Shown here: positions 35,828-45,949 of the stretch, one piece after another | Numbering within the stretch: position 1 is the stretch's first letter | Layout of the letters: every line of letters starts with the position of its first letter | Source of the DNA: an uncultured Bacilli bacterium | GTDB taxonomy: Bacteria > Bacillota_I > Bacilli_A > RF39 > UBA660 | Length of the DNA stretch: 60,202 nt | Assembly (NCBI GenBank): GCA_944359085.1 | Contig: CALVSQ010000002.1 | Span: 1 to 60,202, forward strand | Reading direction: 5' to 3' | Position numbers and translations under genes: made by a program | Notes under the pieces: generated by a model | Told to the model about the DNA's origin: nothing | The model's input: the letters and a program-made list of their open reading frames with translations, nothing else | Databases searched by the model: none

Positions 35828-37186
35828 ATGGGGGGGGGGTATTTACAAAATAATAAAGGATTTGCAATATCAGGAATAATATATTCAATACTGATACTAT
35901 TTTTGTTACTTGTATTTAGTGTTTTAGCAATCCTAGGAAGTCGCAAACTGATAATAGATAAATTTAAATTAGAAGTATTAAATAAAATATATGGAAATGA
36001 ATTGGAAAAAGAAAAAGTTGTTTACAAAGATAATAGTGGAGCAAATAGTCCAGAATTATTAAATAATATGATACCAATATATTATGATGGAAGTAATTGG
36101 ATATATGCAGATATAAAAAAAGAATGGTATGATTATGATAAAAAAGAATGGGCGAATGCAGTAGTGTTAAATAGTGGTATTACTAAAAATGTTGGCGATA
36201 CAATAACTGAAGAAGAAATAGCGTTATGGTATGTCTGGATACCAAGATATACATATACAATATTTAATGGTAATAATGGAAGTGTAAATCCATTAGAAAT
36301 ACAAATAAAATTTGAAAGTGAAACTAATAGTAGTGGAACAGTCAAATGTGTAGATGCAGTGAGTGGTTCTGGAACAAGTAGTGAAACATGCACTGATTCA
36401 ACAAATGGAAGTATAAAAAATGGAACAAGCACATATACTCACCCAGCATTTACATTTGGTGATCAAGAATTAAAAGGATTTTGGGTAGGAAAATTTGAGG
36501 TAAGTGGAAGCACAAGTCAAATAACAATAAAACCAAATATTACAAGTTTGCGAAGTCAAACAGTATCATCATTTTTTAATGCAATACAAAATATAAGTAC
36601 AATCTATTCAATAAATGGTGATAGTCATATGATGAAGAACATGGAATGGGGAGCAGTGGCATATTTATCTCATAGTAAATATGGTACATGCGCGGATGGA
36701 GAATGTGTGGAAATTGCTCAAAATAAAAATAATAGTTATTATACTGGTGGTGGAAATTCTAATATTTATAAAAATAATGTTACTCAATCAACTACTCAAA
36801 ATATATATGGTATATATGATTTATCAGGTGGAGCATATGAATATGTGATGGGAAGTATGGTTGATAGCAGTAACAAATTTCTTCCAAGTAGTTCCGAATT
36901 TAGTAAAGCTCCTGATTCAAAATATTATGATAAATATACATATGGTACATCTAATATAACACATAGTAGAGGCAAATTAGGAGATGCAACAAAAGAAACT
37001 TTAAAAATTTTTGGAAATGCTAGTGGAGGATGGTATACAAATTTTACGAATTTTCTTCGATCAAATTATTCTTGGTTCAGTCGAGGAGGATATTGGAATA
37101 ATGATATTGGTGCTGGTACATTTAGTTTTACTTATGACACTGTTACAAATTATGCTGACACTTCTCGTGCAGTTTTATGTAAATAA
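35828..37186 (+). CDS. surface protein paralogue with FGE/SUMF1-like domain; out of frame with its RBS-proximal start (35803) at the G10 tract
   Basis: ORF-track frame gives MGGGYLQNNKGFAISGIIYSILILFLLLVF.., then a module almost identical to gene B (YKDNSGAN...SGGWY). ATG 35828 has no SD sequence. ATG 35803 has AGGAG 9 nt upstream but stops at 35851-35853 with 10 G; a tract of 9 or 12 G would restore the frame. Confidence 0.7.
   Translation: MGGGYLQNNKGFAISGIIYSILILFLLLVFSVLAILGSRKLIIDKFKLEVLNKIYGNELEKEKVVYKDNSGANSPELLNNMIPIYYDGSNWIYADIKKEWYDYDKKEWANAVVLNSGITKNVGDTITEEEIALWYVWIPRYTYTIFNGNNGSVNPLEIQIKFESETNSSGTVKCVDAVSGSGTSSETCTDSTNGSIKNGTSTYTHPAFTFGDQELKGFWVGKFEVSGSTSQITIKPNITSLRSQTVSSFFNAIQNISTIYSINGDSHMMKNMEWGAVAYLSHSKYGTCADGECVEIAQNKNNSYYTGGGNSNIYKNNVTQSTTQNIYGIYDLSGGAYEYVMGSMVDSSNKFLPSSSEFSKAPDSKYYDKYTYGTSNITHSRGKLGDATKETLKIFGNASGGWYTNFTNFLRSNYSWFSRGGYWNNDIGAGTFSFTYDTVTNYADTSRAVLCK
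35830..35839 (+). repeat. G10 homopolymer at the 5' end of pilin-like gene C
   Basis: Ten consecutive G residues in a strongly AT-rich genome. The tract lies between the RBS-proximal ATG 35803 and the body of the ORF. Confidence 0.95.
36024..37036 (+). repeat. ~1.0-kb dispersed direct repeat, copy 2 (partner 19267-20279)
   Basis: See copy 1. The alignment is gapless and both copies are on the same strand. Confidence 0.85.
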
Positions 37187-37216
37187 AAATTCATTGTTTA
37201 AAATAATGAATTTTTT
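37186..37216 (+). terminator. intrinsic terminator after pilin-like gene C
   Basis: AAAATTCATT-loop-AATGAATTTT followed by a T-run. Confidence 0.75.
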
Positions 37217-37288
37217 GTTATATTTAGACAATTTCTTGATTATTAATTTGATTTATAATATAATAATAAATAGTTTGGAGGCATTAAT

Positions 37289-37624
37289 ATGTTATTTGGA
37301 TTTATAATATCATTCCTAATAGTTTATTTGTTTTATTTGTTTACAGTTATATTACAAACTAAAAAATATGATAAATTTAAAAAAAGCAATCAAGTTATGT
37401 ATTTTGTAAAAAAATACAAAATAGATGTTAATAAATTAAATATGAAAAAATTTACTAATATTTTAGGTTTAACTAATTCTTTAATTATTAGTATCGCTTT
37501 TACAGCAACATATTTAGTTGATAATTTGATATTACAATTATTAATAGGTTTAATTATTTTGATACCTCTTATTTTTATTTTTTATGGTTTAATAGGTAAT
37601 TATTTGAAAAGGAAGTGTAAATGA
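37289..37624 (+). CDS. small membrane protein (3 TM), translationally coupled to leuS
   Basis: GGAGG lies upstream. Hydrophobic segments flank a Lys-rich loop. Its stop overlaps the leuS ATG (ATGATGA). Confidence 0.55.
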   Translation: MLFGFIISFLIVYLFYLFTVILQTKKYDKFKKSNQVMYFVKKYKIDVNKLNMKKFTNILGLTNSLIISIAFTATYLVDNLILQLLIGLIILIPLIFIFYGLIGNYLKRKCK

Positions 37625-39993
37625 TGAATACAAAAGAAATAGAAAGTAAATGGCGTAAATATTGGGAAGATAATAATACTTTTAAAACTGATGTTTGGGA
37701 TTTTAGTAAACCTAAATTTTATGCTTTGGACATGTTTCCTTATCCATCTGGAGTTGGATTACATGCTGGTCATCCAGAAGGATATACCGCAACTGATATA
37801 GTATGTCGTATGAAAAGAATGCAAGGGTATAATGTATTGCATCCTATGGGATTTGATTCTTTTGGATTACCTGCTGAACAATATGCGATTCAAACTGGTA
37901 ATCATCCAGCAATATTTACTAATAAAAATATTGAAACATTTACTGAACAATTAAAAAAAATAGGTTTTTCTTTTGATTGGGACAGATGTGTTTCTACTAG
38001 TGATCCTAAATTTTATAAATGGACACAATGGATATTTAGTAGATTATATGAAGACGGATTAGCTAAACAAATTGATATGCCGGTTAATTGGTGTCCTGAA
38101 TTGGGTACAGTTTTAGCTAATGATGAAGTTATTGATGGTAAAAGTGAAAGAGGAGGATACCCAGTAATTAGAAAAAATATGAAACAATGGGTTATCGATA
38201 TTCCTAAATATGCAGAAAAATTATTAGATGGATTAAATGAAATAGATTGGCCAGAATCAACTAAAGAAATGCAAAGAAATTGGATTGGAAAATCAATTGG
38301 AGCTCACGTTAAATTTAAAGTTGATGATTATGAATTTACTGTATTTACTACTAGATGTGATACTTTATTTGGATCTACTTATTGTGTTTTAGCGCCAGAA
38401 CATGAATTAGTTGATAAGATATCTACTAATAAAGAAGAAGTAGAAAAGTATAAAAAAATGTGTGCTTGTAAATCAGATTTAGAAAGAACGGAATTAAATA
38501 AAGAAAAAACTGGTGTATTTACAGGAGCTTATGCTATCAACCCTGTTAATAATAAAAAAATACCTATTTGGATATCTGATTATGTTTTAGCTAGTTATGG
38601 AACAGGTGCTATTATGGCAGTTCCTGCTCATGATGAAAGAGACTATGAATTTGCTAAAAAATTTAATATTGATATTATTTCAGTAATTGAAGGTGGAGAT
38701 ATATCTTGTGAAGCTTATACTGGTGACGGATTACATATTAATTCTGAATTTTTAAATGGTTTAAATAAAGAAGATGCTATTAATAAAATGATTAATTGGT
38801 TAGAAGAAAATAAATTAGGAAGTAAACATATCAATTATCGTTTAAGAGAATGGATCTTTGCGCGTCAACGTTATTGGGGTGAACCAATTCCTGTTATTCA
38901 TTTAGAAAATGGTAAAGATGTATTGGATGAAAATTTACCTTTGGTTTTACCAGAATTAGAAGATTATAGTCCATCTAAAACAGGTGCTTCTCCATTAGAT
39001 AAGGCAACTGATTGGGTAGATGTAGAAATTAATGGAGTAAAAGGTAAAAGAGAAACATCTACTATGCCAGGTTCAGCTGGATCTAGTTGGTATTTCTTAA
39101 GATATATCGACCCACATAATGATAAAGAATTAGCTGATAAAAAATTAATTGAACATTGGATGCCAGTTGATTTATATATTGGTGGTCCAGAACATGCAGT
39201 AGGTCATTTATTATATTCCAGAATGTGGAATAATTATTTATATGATAAGGGAATTGTTAATGTTAAAGAACCATTTAAAAAATTAGTTCATCAAGGTATG
39301 ATTTTAGGCGAAAATGGCATTAAAATGGGTAAAAGACACCCTGAATATGCAATTAATCCAAATGATGTAGTTGATGAATATGGAGCTGATACATTAAGAC
39401 TTTATGAAATGTTTATGGGACCTTTAGAAGCTGATAAACCATGGAGTAAAAATGGAGTTGAAGGTGCTCGTAGATTCTTAGATAGAGTTTATAGATTGTA
39501 TGAAGAAAAAGTCAAAGATGTTACTAATAAAAATTTAGAAAAAATTTATCATCAAACTGTTAAAAAAGTTACTCAAGATTATGAATCTTTAAACTTTAAT
39601 ACTGCTATATCACAAATGATGATATTTATTAACGCAGTTTATAAAGAAGATGTTTTCCCTTTAGAATATGCTACAAATTTTGTTAAATTATTAAATCCTA
39701 TTGCGCCATTTATGACAGAAGAAATCTGGCAAATGTTAGGTCATGATAAAACAATCGCATATGAAAAATGGCCAACTTATGATGAAGAAAAGACAAAAGA
39801 AGAAACTTTTGAAATGGTTGTTCAAGTAAATGGTAAAGTAAGAGGCAAAATAGAAGTAAGTATGGACACTTCTAAAGAAGAAATGGAAACTTTATCAAAA
39901 GAATTAGATAATGTTAAAAAATATATAGAAAATAAAGAAATAATTAAGATAATAACAGTACCTAAAAAATTAGTTAATATTGTTATTAAGTAA
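37621..39993 (+). CDS. leuS: leucyl-tRNA synthetase
   Basis: The HIGH region [16 protein letters not shown], the KMSKS-equivalent region (KMGKR) and the CP1 editing domain are present. Length is ~790 aa. Confidence 0.95.
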   Translation: MMNTKEIESKWRKYWEDNNTFKTDVWDFSKPKFYALDMFPYPSGVGLHAGHPEGYTATDIVCRMKRMQGYNVLHPMGFDSFGLPAEQYAIQTGNHPAIFTNKNIETFTEQLKKIGFSFDWDRCVSTSDPKFYKWTQWIFSRLYEDGLAKQIDMPVNWCPELGTVLANDEVIDGKSERGGYPVIRKNMKQWVIDIPKYAEKLLDGLNEIDWPESTKEMQRNWIGKSIGAHVKFKVDDYEFTVFTTRCDTLFGSTYCVLAPEHELVDKISTNKEEVEKYKKMCACKSDLERTELNKEKTGVFTGAYAINPVNNKKIPIWISDYVLASYGTGAIMAVPAHDERDYEFAKKFNIDIISVIEGGDISCEAYTGDGLHINSEFLNGLNKEDAINKMINWLEENKLGSKHINYRLREWIFARQRYWGEPIPVIHLENGKDVLDENLPLVLPELEDYSPSKTGASPLDKATDWVDVEINGVKGKRETSTMPGSAGSSWYFLRYIDPHNDKELADKKLIEHWMPVDLYIGGPEHAVGHLLYSRMWNNYLYDKGIVNVKEPFKKLVHQGMILGENGIKMGKRHPEYAINPNDVVDEYGADTLRLYEMFMGPLEADKPWSKNGVEGARRFLDRVYRLYEEKVKDVTNKNLEKIYHQTVKKVTQDYESLNFNTAISQMMIFINAVYKEDVFPLEYATNFVKLLNPIAPFMTEEIWQMLGHDKTIAYEKWPTYDEEKTKEETFEMVVQVNGKVRGKIEVSMDTSKEEMETLSKELDNVKKYIENKEIIKIITVPKKLVNIVIK

Positions 39994-40015
39994 ATTATAA
40001 AAAAGGAGATAAAAT

Positions 40016-41611
40016 ATGAAAGATATACTAATAGGAGGTGCTTGGCCATATGCTAACAATTCATTACATATTGGTCATCTAGCAGCACTTTTACCAGGAG
40101 ATATAATTGCCCGTTATCATAGAGGTTGTGGTAATAGAGTAATTTATGTATCAGGTACTGATTGTCATGGTACGCCTATTACTGTAAGAGCTAAAAGAGA
40201 AGGAATAAATCCAATTGATATAGCTAATAAATATCATAATGAATTTACAAATTCATTTAAATCATTAGATTTTTCTTATGATTTTTATACAGCTACTATG
40301 ACAACTGAACATAAAAAACAAGTTCAAGAATTTTATAAAATAATATTAGATAATGGATATATTTATGAAAAAGAGGAAGAACAAGATTTTTGTCCTAAAT
40401 GTAATGAATATTTATCCGATAGAGAAATAATTGGAACATGTCCTCATTGTGGCGGAAATGCAATGGGGGAACAATGTGATGATTGTTTAAGTCCTATTAA
40501 TCCTAAAGAACTAAAAGATAAAAAATGTAAAATATGTGGTACTAGTACAGTAGTTAAAAATAATAAACATTTATATTTTAAATTATCTGCTTTTCAAGAT
40601 ATATTAAATGAATATGTTGAATCTCATAAAGATGATTGGCGCAAAAATGCTTATAATGAAACAAAAAAATATTTAAATTTAGGTTTAATTGATAGAGCTA
40701 CTACTAGACAATTAACATGGGGAGTAGATGTACCGGTTGAAGGTTATGAAGATAAAAAAATCTATGTTTGGATAGAAGCAGTATTAGGTTATTTAACAGC
40801 TACTATGAAAGTATGTAAGGATAGAAACATTGATTTTGAATCATTTGTAACAGATCATGAAAATTTGATAACTTATTTTGCTCATGGTAAAGATAATATT
40901 ACTTTTCATACTATTATTTATCCTGCTTTATTATCAGCTATTAATCCTAAATATCAATTACCCAAAAAAATTATTTCATGTGAATATGTTAATATGAATG
41001 ATGAAAAAATGAGTAAATCTAAGGGTAATTTAGTTACCATGGATGAATTAGCAAGTACTTACAATAAAGATACAGTAAGATTTTATATGATATTTAATGG
41101 TCCAGAAAAAAAAGATGTTAATTTTTCAAGCGATGATCTTATTTTAACTCATAATAAATTTTTAGTAGGAGTAATTGGTAATTTTATTAATCGTAATTTG
41201 TCATTTATTAATAAAAAATTTGATGGTGTTATTAAAAAAGCAGAAATTGATGTTGATATAATGGCTAGAACTAAAGCTTTATATGACGAAGTAGGTAAAT
41301 TAATTACTGTTGGTGAATTAAAAGAAGCTTTAAATAAAATAGTTGAATATGCTACTTTAGGTAATAAATATTATGATGAAAGACAACCTTGGATTCAAGT
41401 GAAAGAAGATATTAATTCATTTAATGAAACTACTTATACATGTGTTTATATTATGGCTAATTTATCAAATTTATTAAATCCATTTATACCTAGTAGTGCT
41501 GATAAAATAAAAAATATGTTGTCATTAGAACCATTTAAATGGGAAGAGTATAAATTAAATGGTGATATGAAAATAAATAATATTGAATTATTATTTAATA
41601 GGATAGATTAA
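40016..41611 (+). CDS. metG: methionyl-tRNA synthetase (short form without C-terminal tRNA-binding domain)
   Basis: PYANNSLHIGH, zinc knuckles CPKC..CPHCGG and CDDC..CKICG, and KMSKSKGN. Confidence 0.9.
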   Translation: MKDILIGGAWPYANNSLHIGHLAALLPGDIIARYHRGCGNRVIYVSGTDCHGTPITVRAKREGINPIDIANKYHNEFTNSFKSLDFSYDFYTATMTTEHKKQVQEFYKIILDNGYIYEKEEEQDFCPKCNEYLSDREIIGTCPHCGGNAMGEQCDDCLSPINPKELKDKKCKICGTSTVVKNNKHLYFKLSAFQDILNEYVESHKDDWRKNAYNETKKYLNLGLIDRATTRQLTWGVDVPVEGYEDKKIYVWIEAVLGYLTATMKVCKDRNIDFESFVTDHENLITYFAHGKDNITFHTIIYPALLSAINPKYQLPKKIISCEYVNMNDEKMSKSKGNLVTMDELASTYNKDTVRFYMIFNGPEKKDVNFSSDDLILTHNKFLVGVIGNFINRNLSFINKKFDGVIKKAEIDVDIMARTKALYDEVGKLITVGELKEALNKIVEYATLGNKYYDERQPWIQVKEDINSFNETTYTCVYIMANLSNLLNPFIPSSADKIKNMLSLEPFKWEEYKLNGDMKINNIELLFNRID

Positions 41612-41662
41612 TAAATAGGTTTTATAAATATGTTTTTAATATTATCAGAAGAGTTACCAATT

Positions 41663-41697
41663 AAAAAAAGCAAGTTATTTGATTAACTTGCTTTTTA
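41663..41697. terminator. bidirectional intrinsic terminator between metG and the Fem gene
   Basis: An A-run, then AAGCAAGTTA-TTTGAT-TAACTTGCTT, then a T-run. It overlaps the 3' end of the minus-strand gene. Confidence 0.75.
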
Positions 41698-42940
41698 TTA
41701 GATTTTTTAAAGGTACGTAATTTCTATATAAATTATAATTTCTTTTGTGAGTAACTAATTCAAAGTCACCAGCATATTCATACATTTTTGATCCAAATCC
41801 TAATTTAAATTCATCTAATCCATTATATTTTTTATCATCTATAGTTAAATTAGACATTCCGCCTAAATTAAATTTAGTATAACCTTGATTTTTATAAATA
41901 TCAATTATTTGCCAAATTAGTAAATGTTTAGAATTTAAACTTTTAAATTTTTTATCATATCCATCAATTAAAATTGTAATTTCTTTATCTTGTTTTATCA
42001 ATAATAGACATGATGTTATAACACCATCAGGATAGGTTCTTAATAAATTAGTAGCTTTTACTAATTCATTTCTATATTTGTTTAAATATTTATCCATGTT
42101 AATTTTTTTAGTAATTATTTTTTTATTATTTCTTTTTTTCATAATAATTTCATTTAAATAATTTGCTTGTTGATCATAATAGTTTAATTTTTTTTGAATT
42201 ATTTGTAAGTACGCTTTAGTATCTAATTTTGTGTAATATAAATCAATCATATTTCTTTTGTAAAAATATCCATAGCAATCTTTAAAATAATTTAATTCTC
42301 TTTTATATTTTTCTTTTGTAAAATTATATAAATAAGTTAAATCGTTTATATTTCCTTTATAAACTTTTATTCCGTTTCTAATCGCGCTTCTTATTTTAGT
42401 ACGATATTCTTTTTTGATATTTTTAAACAATTCGTTTATTGATATATTTAAATCTAAAATTGCTTCAAATCTTGGCTTTAAAGCTTCAAAGAAATTATTA
42501 TATCCTAAATGATAATAATTGTTTTGTTTCAATGCTTCGTAAATTAATTCATATTTAGGATTTTTATATGATAATTGTTTGTTAAAATCATAAATATTTC
42601 TTATTATAAGTGGATTTATTTTTATCCCCATTACACCTAAATTACTTAAATAATTTTTTAAATTATTTGTGAAATTTTTTAATATATAAAAATCTTCATA
42701 ATCTAATATAAATCCTCTAGGAGCATAAGCGTATTTAAATCCTTCTTCTTTTTTAATTAATATTAAAGAAGCTGCTTTTATAATATTATCTTTAATTAAC
42801 CCTAAAATAATTGAATCAAATCCGTGGTTGTTCATTATAAATCCATATTCTGGAGTTTGATATATTGATTTTAAAGGACAATTTGTTATAAAATTGATAA
42901 ATTCTTGATTAGTTAATTCTCTAAATTCCATAAAATTCAC
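41675..42940 (-). CDS. FemAB-family peptidoglycan interpeptide-bridge aminoacyltransferase
   Basis: About 420 aa. The N-terminus has F.Q...YG, there is a central coiled-coil insert, and the C-terminus reads F.LGG......GL..FK.GFG. Confidence 0.75.
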   Translation of the reverse strand: MNFMEFRELTNQEFINFITNCPLKSIYQTPEYGFIMNNHGFDSIILGLIKDNIIKAASLILIKKEEGFKYAYAPRGFILDYEDFYILKNFTNNLKNYLSNLGVMGIKINPLIIRNIYDFNKQLSYKNPKYELIYEALKQNNYYHLGYNNFFEALKPRFEAILDLNISINELFKNIKKEYRTKIRSAIRNGIKVYKGNINDLTYLYNFTKEKYKRELNYFKDCYGYFYKRNMIDLYYTKLDTKAYLQIIQKKLNYYDQQANYLNEIIMKKRNNKKIITKKINMDKYLNKYRNELVKATNLLRTYPDGVITSCLLLIKQDKEITILIDGYDKKFKSLNSKHLLIWQIIDIYKNQGYTKFNLGGMSNLTIDDKKYNGLDEFKLGFGSKMYEYAGDFELVTHKRNYNLYRNYVPLKNLIKSKLIK

Positions 42941-43019
42941 CTATTAAAATTATATCATAATGTTTATTAAAAGTCATATAAATTGTGTTTAGTAAATATA
43001 ATTTGTGTAGGTGATTAAG

Positions 43020-43871
43020 ATGAAAATTGGACTACCTAAGGGATTATACTATTATTATTGTAAGAAATGGGTTTATTTTTTTAATGAATTAGGTATCGAA
43101 GTAGTAAGTTTTGATACGAATAAAGAAATATTAGAGTTAGGAAATAATGTAGCTACTAGTGAGATGTGCTTATCTTTAAAAATATTTTTAGGTCATGTGG
43201 TTTATTTAAAAGATAAATGTGATTATATTTTAATACCTAAATTAAATTATGGTATTAAAGATCAAATGTGTTCAAATTTTGATTGTTTATATGACTTATG
43301 TAATAATTTGATAGATATTAAAATACTAACATTTGATAGTAAAAAAGAAATTAAAAATTTTATTAAAATTGGTAAAGAGTTAGGCTTTAAAAGAAATGAA
43401 ATAAAAAGAGCATATTTAAAAGCTTCAATTAAATACAATAAAGAATTAAAGAAATTAAAAATAGAAAATATTAATAAATTAAATAGTTCAAATAAAAAAA
43501 TATTATTAGTAGGTCATTCTTATAATATTAGAGATAAGTATTTAAATGAAATTATTGATATTATAAAAAAATATAATGTTGAAATAATATATAGTGATTT
43601 ATTTGATGATGATTATTATTTTTATTTGTCTAAAGATTTGTATTGGAAGTATAGCAAAAAAAATGTATCTAGTGTTATATTTTGTAAGGAAAAAGTTGAC
43701 GGAATTGTATTTTTAACAACTTTCCCATGTGGGTTAGATAGTTTGGTAAATGAGTTAGTGATGCGTAAAATTGATAAACCATATTTAAATTTGATTATTG
43801 ATGACTTAGATTCTTTAGCAGGAATGGAAACACGAATAGAAAGTTTTGTGGATATAATTGAGCAAGCTTAA
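43020..43871 (+). CDS. acyl-CoA dehydratase activase-related protein (DUF2229-like), part 1
   Basis: IGLPKGLYYYY..W..FF.ELGIEVV.S..TNKEIL..G......EMCLSLKIFLGH is typical of the uncharacterised CoA-enzyme-activase domain. GGTGA precedes ATG 43020. Confidence 0.65.
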   Translation: MKIGLPKGLYYYYCKKWVYFFNELGIEVVSFDTNKEILELGNNVATSEMCLSLKIFLGHVVYLKDKCDYILIPKLNYGIKDQMCSNFDCLYDLCNNLIDIKILTFDSKKEIKNFIKIGKELGFKRNEIKRAYLKASIKYNKELKKLKIENINKLNSSNKKILLVGHSYNIRDKYLNEIIDIIKKYNVEIIYSDLFDDDYYFYLSKDLYWKYSKKNVSSVIFCKEKVDGIVFLTTFPCGLDSLVNELVMRKIDKPYLNLIIDDLDSLAGMETRIESFVDIIEQA

Positions 43872-44919
43872 AGTTTCTTTTCCTCATATGGGAAATTATT
43901 ATATTCCTGCTAAATATTTATTAAGTCATATAGTTGATGCTGATATAATTATACCGCCTTTTATAACTGCTAAAACAATTGAATTGGGTAGTAAATATAG
44001 TCCAGACTTTGTTTGTACTCCTTTTAAATATACCTTAGGAACAATGATTGAATCTTTAGAACAAGGTGCTTCTATATTAATTCAATTTGGTGGTGGATGT
44101 AGATATGGTTATTATAGTGAACTACAAGAACAGATATTAAAAGAATTAGGTTATAAATTTGAACTTCTTAATTTAGTGAGTGGTAAAGCAAATATTAAAA
44201 GAATTTATAAAATGATTAAAAGAATTGATAAAAAATTTAATATTTTTAAAGGCCTATATCATTTATATATAGCTAAAAACATGGTTAAATATATGGATAG
44301 AGTAGATGACTATATAAGAAAAAATGTCGGATTTGAAGTAAATAAAAATAGTTTCGATAATTTAAATAAAGAAATGTTAGATAAATTTAGTAAAGTTAAT
44401 AATCCAATTAGTTTATATATTTTATATAAAAAATATTTTCATAAATTCAAAAAACTAAAAATAAATAAACCTAAAAATTGTTTAAAAGTTGGTGTAATAG
44501 GGGAATTATATACTTTAATGGAACCTTTTAGTAATTATTATTTAGAAAAAGAATTAGCTTCATATAACATTGAAATTAAAAGGTTTACTAATGTAAATTA
44601 TTTATTATTTAAAAATAAAAAAACAATAAAAAAAGCTTTAAGAAAATCTAAAAAATATATGAAATATAAAATGTGTGCGGATGCTTCTAGTAATATATAT
44701 TGGACTAAATATTTATGCAATAAAAAATATGATGGTATTATTCATATCAAATCTAGTTTTTGTACTCCTGAAATAGGTTCAATGCCAATAATTGATAAGA
44801 TTGCCAATAATTATAATGTACCTATAATATATTTTAGTTTTGATGCAAATACGAGTGAAGTAGGAATAAAAACCAGATTAGAAGCTTTTTATGATATGAT
44901 AGAAATGAGGAGACAATGA
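43858..44919 (+). CDS. acyl-CoA dehydratase activase-related protein, part 2
   Basis: FPHMGNYYIPAKYLL....IIPP.T.KT.ELG.KYSPDFVCTPFK. It has a TTG start that overlaps the previous gene by 14 nt. Confidence 0.6.
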   Translation: MSKLKVSFPHMGNYYIPAKYLLSHIVDADIIIPPFITAKTIELGSKYSPDFVCTPFKYTLGTMIESLEQGASILIQFGGGCRYGYYSELQEQILKELGYKFELLNLVSGKANIKRIYKMIKRIDKKFNIFKGLYHLYIAKNMVKYMDRVDDYIRKNVGFEVNKNSFDNLNKEMLDKFSKVNNPISLYILYKKYFHKFKKLKINKPKNCLKVGVIGELYTLMEPFSNYYLEKELASYNIEIKRFTNVNYLLFKNKKTIKKALRKSKKYMKYKMCADASSNIYWTKYLCNKKYDGIIHIKSSFCTPEIGSMPIIDKIANNYNVPIIYFSFDANTSEVGIKTRLEAFYDMIEMRRQ

Positions 44920-45857
44920 ATTGTTATTTAGGAATTGATATAGGTAGTATTTCTACTAAAGGAGTAATAATTGATGATAATAATAAAATTATTACTTCTT
45001 CATATATATGGACGGAAGGTAATCCTGTTAATTCTGTAAAAAAATTAATTAATATATTAAAAAATAATTTAGATAAAAAATATGTTGTAAAAGGGATAGG
45101 AACAACTGGAAGTGCCCGTAAATTAATTGGATTATTATTAGATGCTAATGTAGTTAAAAATGAAATAATGGCTCATGCTATTGGAACATTATCTATATAT
45201 CCAGATGTTAAAACAATATTAGAAATAGGTGGTCAAGATTCTAAAATAATTTTACTTAATAATGGAATAATTACTGATTATGCAATGAATACATTATGTG
45301 CAGCAGGAACAGGTTCATTTTTATCTAGTCAAGCTAAAAGATTAAATATAAATATCGAAGATTTTGGGCCTTTAGCTCTAAAAAGTAATAATCCTGTTAA
45401 AATAGCAGCTAGATGTACTGTTTTTGCTGAATCAGATTTAATTCATAAAGCACAGGTAGGATATAAAAAAGAAGATATTGTAGCAGGATTATGTAAAAGT
45501 ATTGTATTAAATTATTTAAATAATGTTGGTAAAGGTAAAAAAATAAAATCTCCAGTTATATTTCAAGGTGGTGTATCTAAAAATTTAGGTGTATTAAAAT
45601 ATTTTAAAGAAATATTAAATACTGATGTTATAGTTGATTCTAATAGTCATTTAATGGGAGCATTAGGAATAGCTATTCTATCTAAAAAAAATAGTTCTAA
45701 TAAAATATATGATTTAAATATTCAAGATGTTTCTTTTGATACTAAAGCTGTAGATTGTGGCGGTTGCAGCAATAATTGTGAAATATTAAGAATTTATAAA
45801 AATAATAAATTAATTGATATATGGGGTAATAGGTGTGATAAGTATATAAAAAATTAA
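44916..45857 (+). CDS. BadF/BadG/BcrA/BcrD-type ATPase (2-hydroxyacyl-CoA dehydratase activator-like)
   Basis: GIDIGSISTKGV, GTTGSAR, EIGGQDSK, CAAGTGSFL and C.VFAESD motifs (cluster-ligand Cys positions), plus a C-terminal Cys-rich tail CGGCSNNCE..RCD. Confidence 0.8.
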   Translation: MNCYLGIDIGSISTKGVIIDDNNKIITSSYIWTEGNPVNSVKKLINILKNNLDKKYVVKGIGTTGSARKLIGLLLDANVVKNEIMAHAIGTLSIYPDVKTILEIGGQDSKIILLNNGIITDYAMNTLCAAGTGSFLSSQAKRLNINIEDFGPLALKSNNPVKIAARCTVFAESDLIHKAQVGYKKEDIVAGLCKSIVLNYLNNVGKGKKIKSPVIFQGGVSKNLGVLKYFKEILNTDVIVDSNSHLMGALGIAILSKKNSSNKIYDLNIQDVSFDTKAVDCGGCSNNCEILRIYKNNKLIDIWGNRCDKYIKN

Positions 45858-45949
45858 TTATATACTTTTTTGTCCAATTTTTGTAAATTGTACAATATAA
45901 TAAATAAATATATAAAAAATGTGGTATAATGATTTAAGTGGTGATGTAA

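Noticed and set aside
37187-40015. T-box leaders upstream of leuS and metG
   Set aside because: The intergenic spaces (~100 nt and 22 nt) are too short, and I found no T-box consensus or specifier-loop architecture.
43858-43888. Frameshifted pseudogene at the junction of the two DUF2229-like ORFs
   Set aside because: The two ORFs overlap by 14 nt in different frames. The second has a plausible TTG start that retains the conserved FPHMGNYY segment, and both reading frames are otherwise intact. Coupled separate genes are the simpler reading, although an ancestral fusion cannot be excluded.
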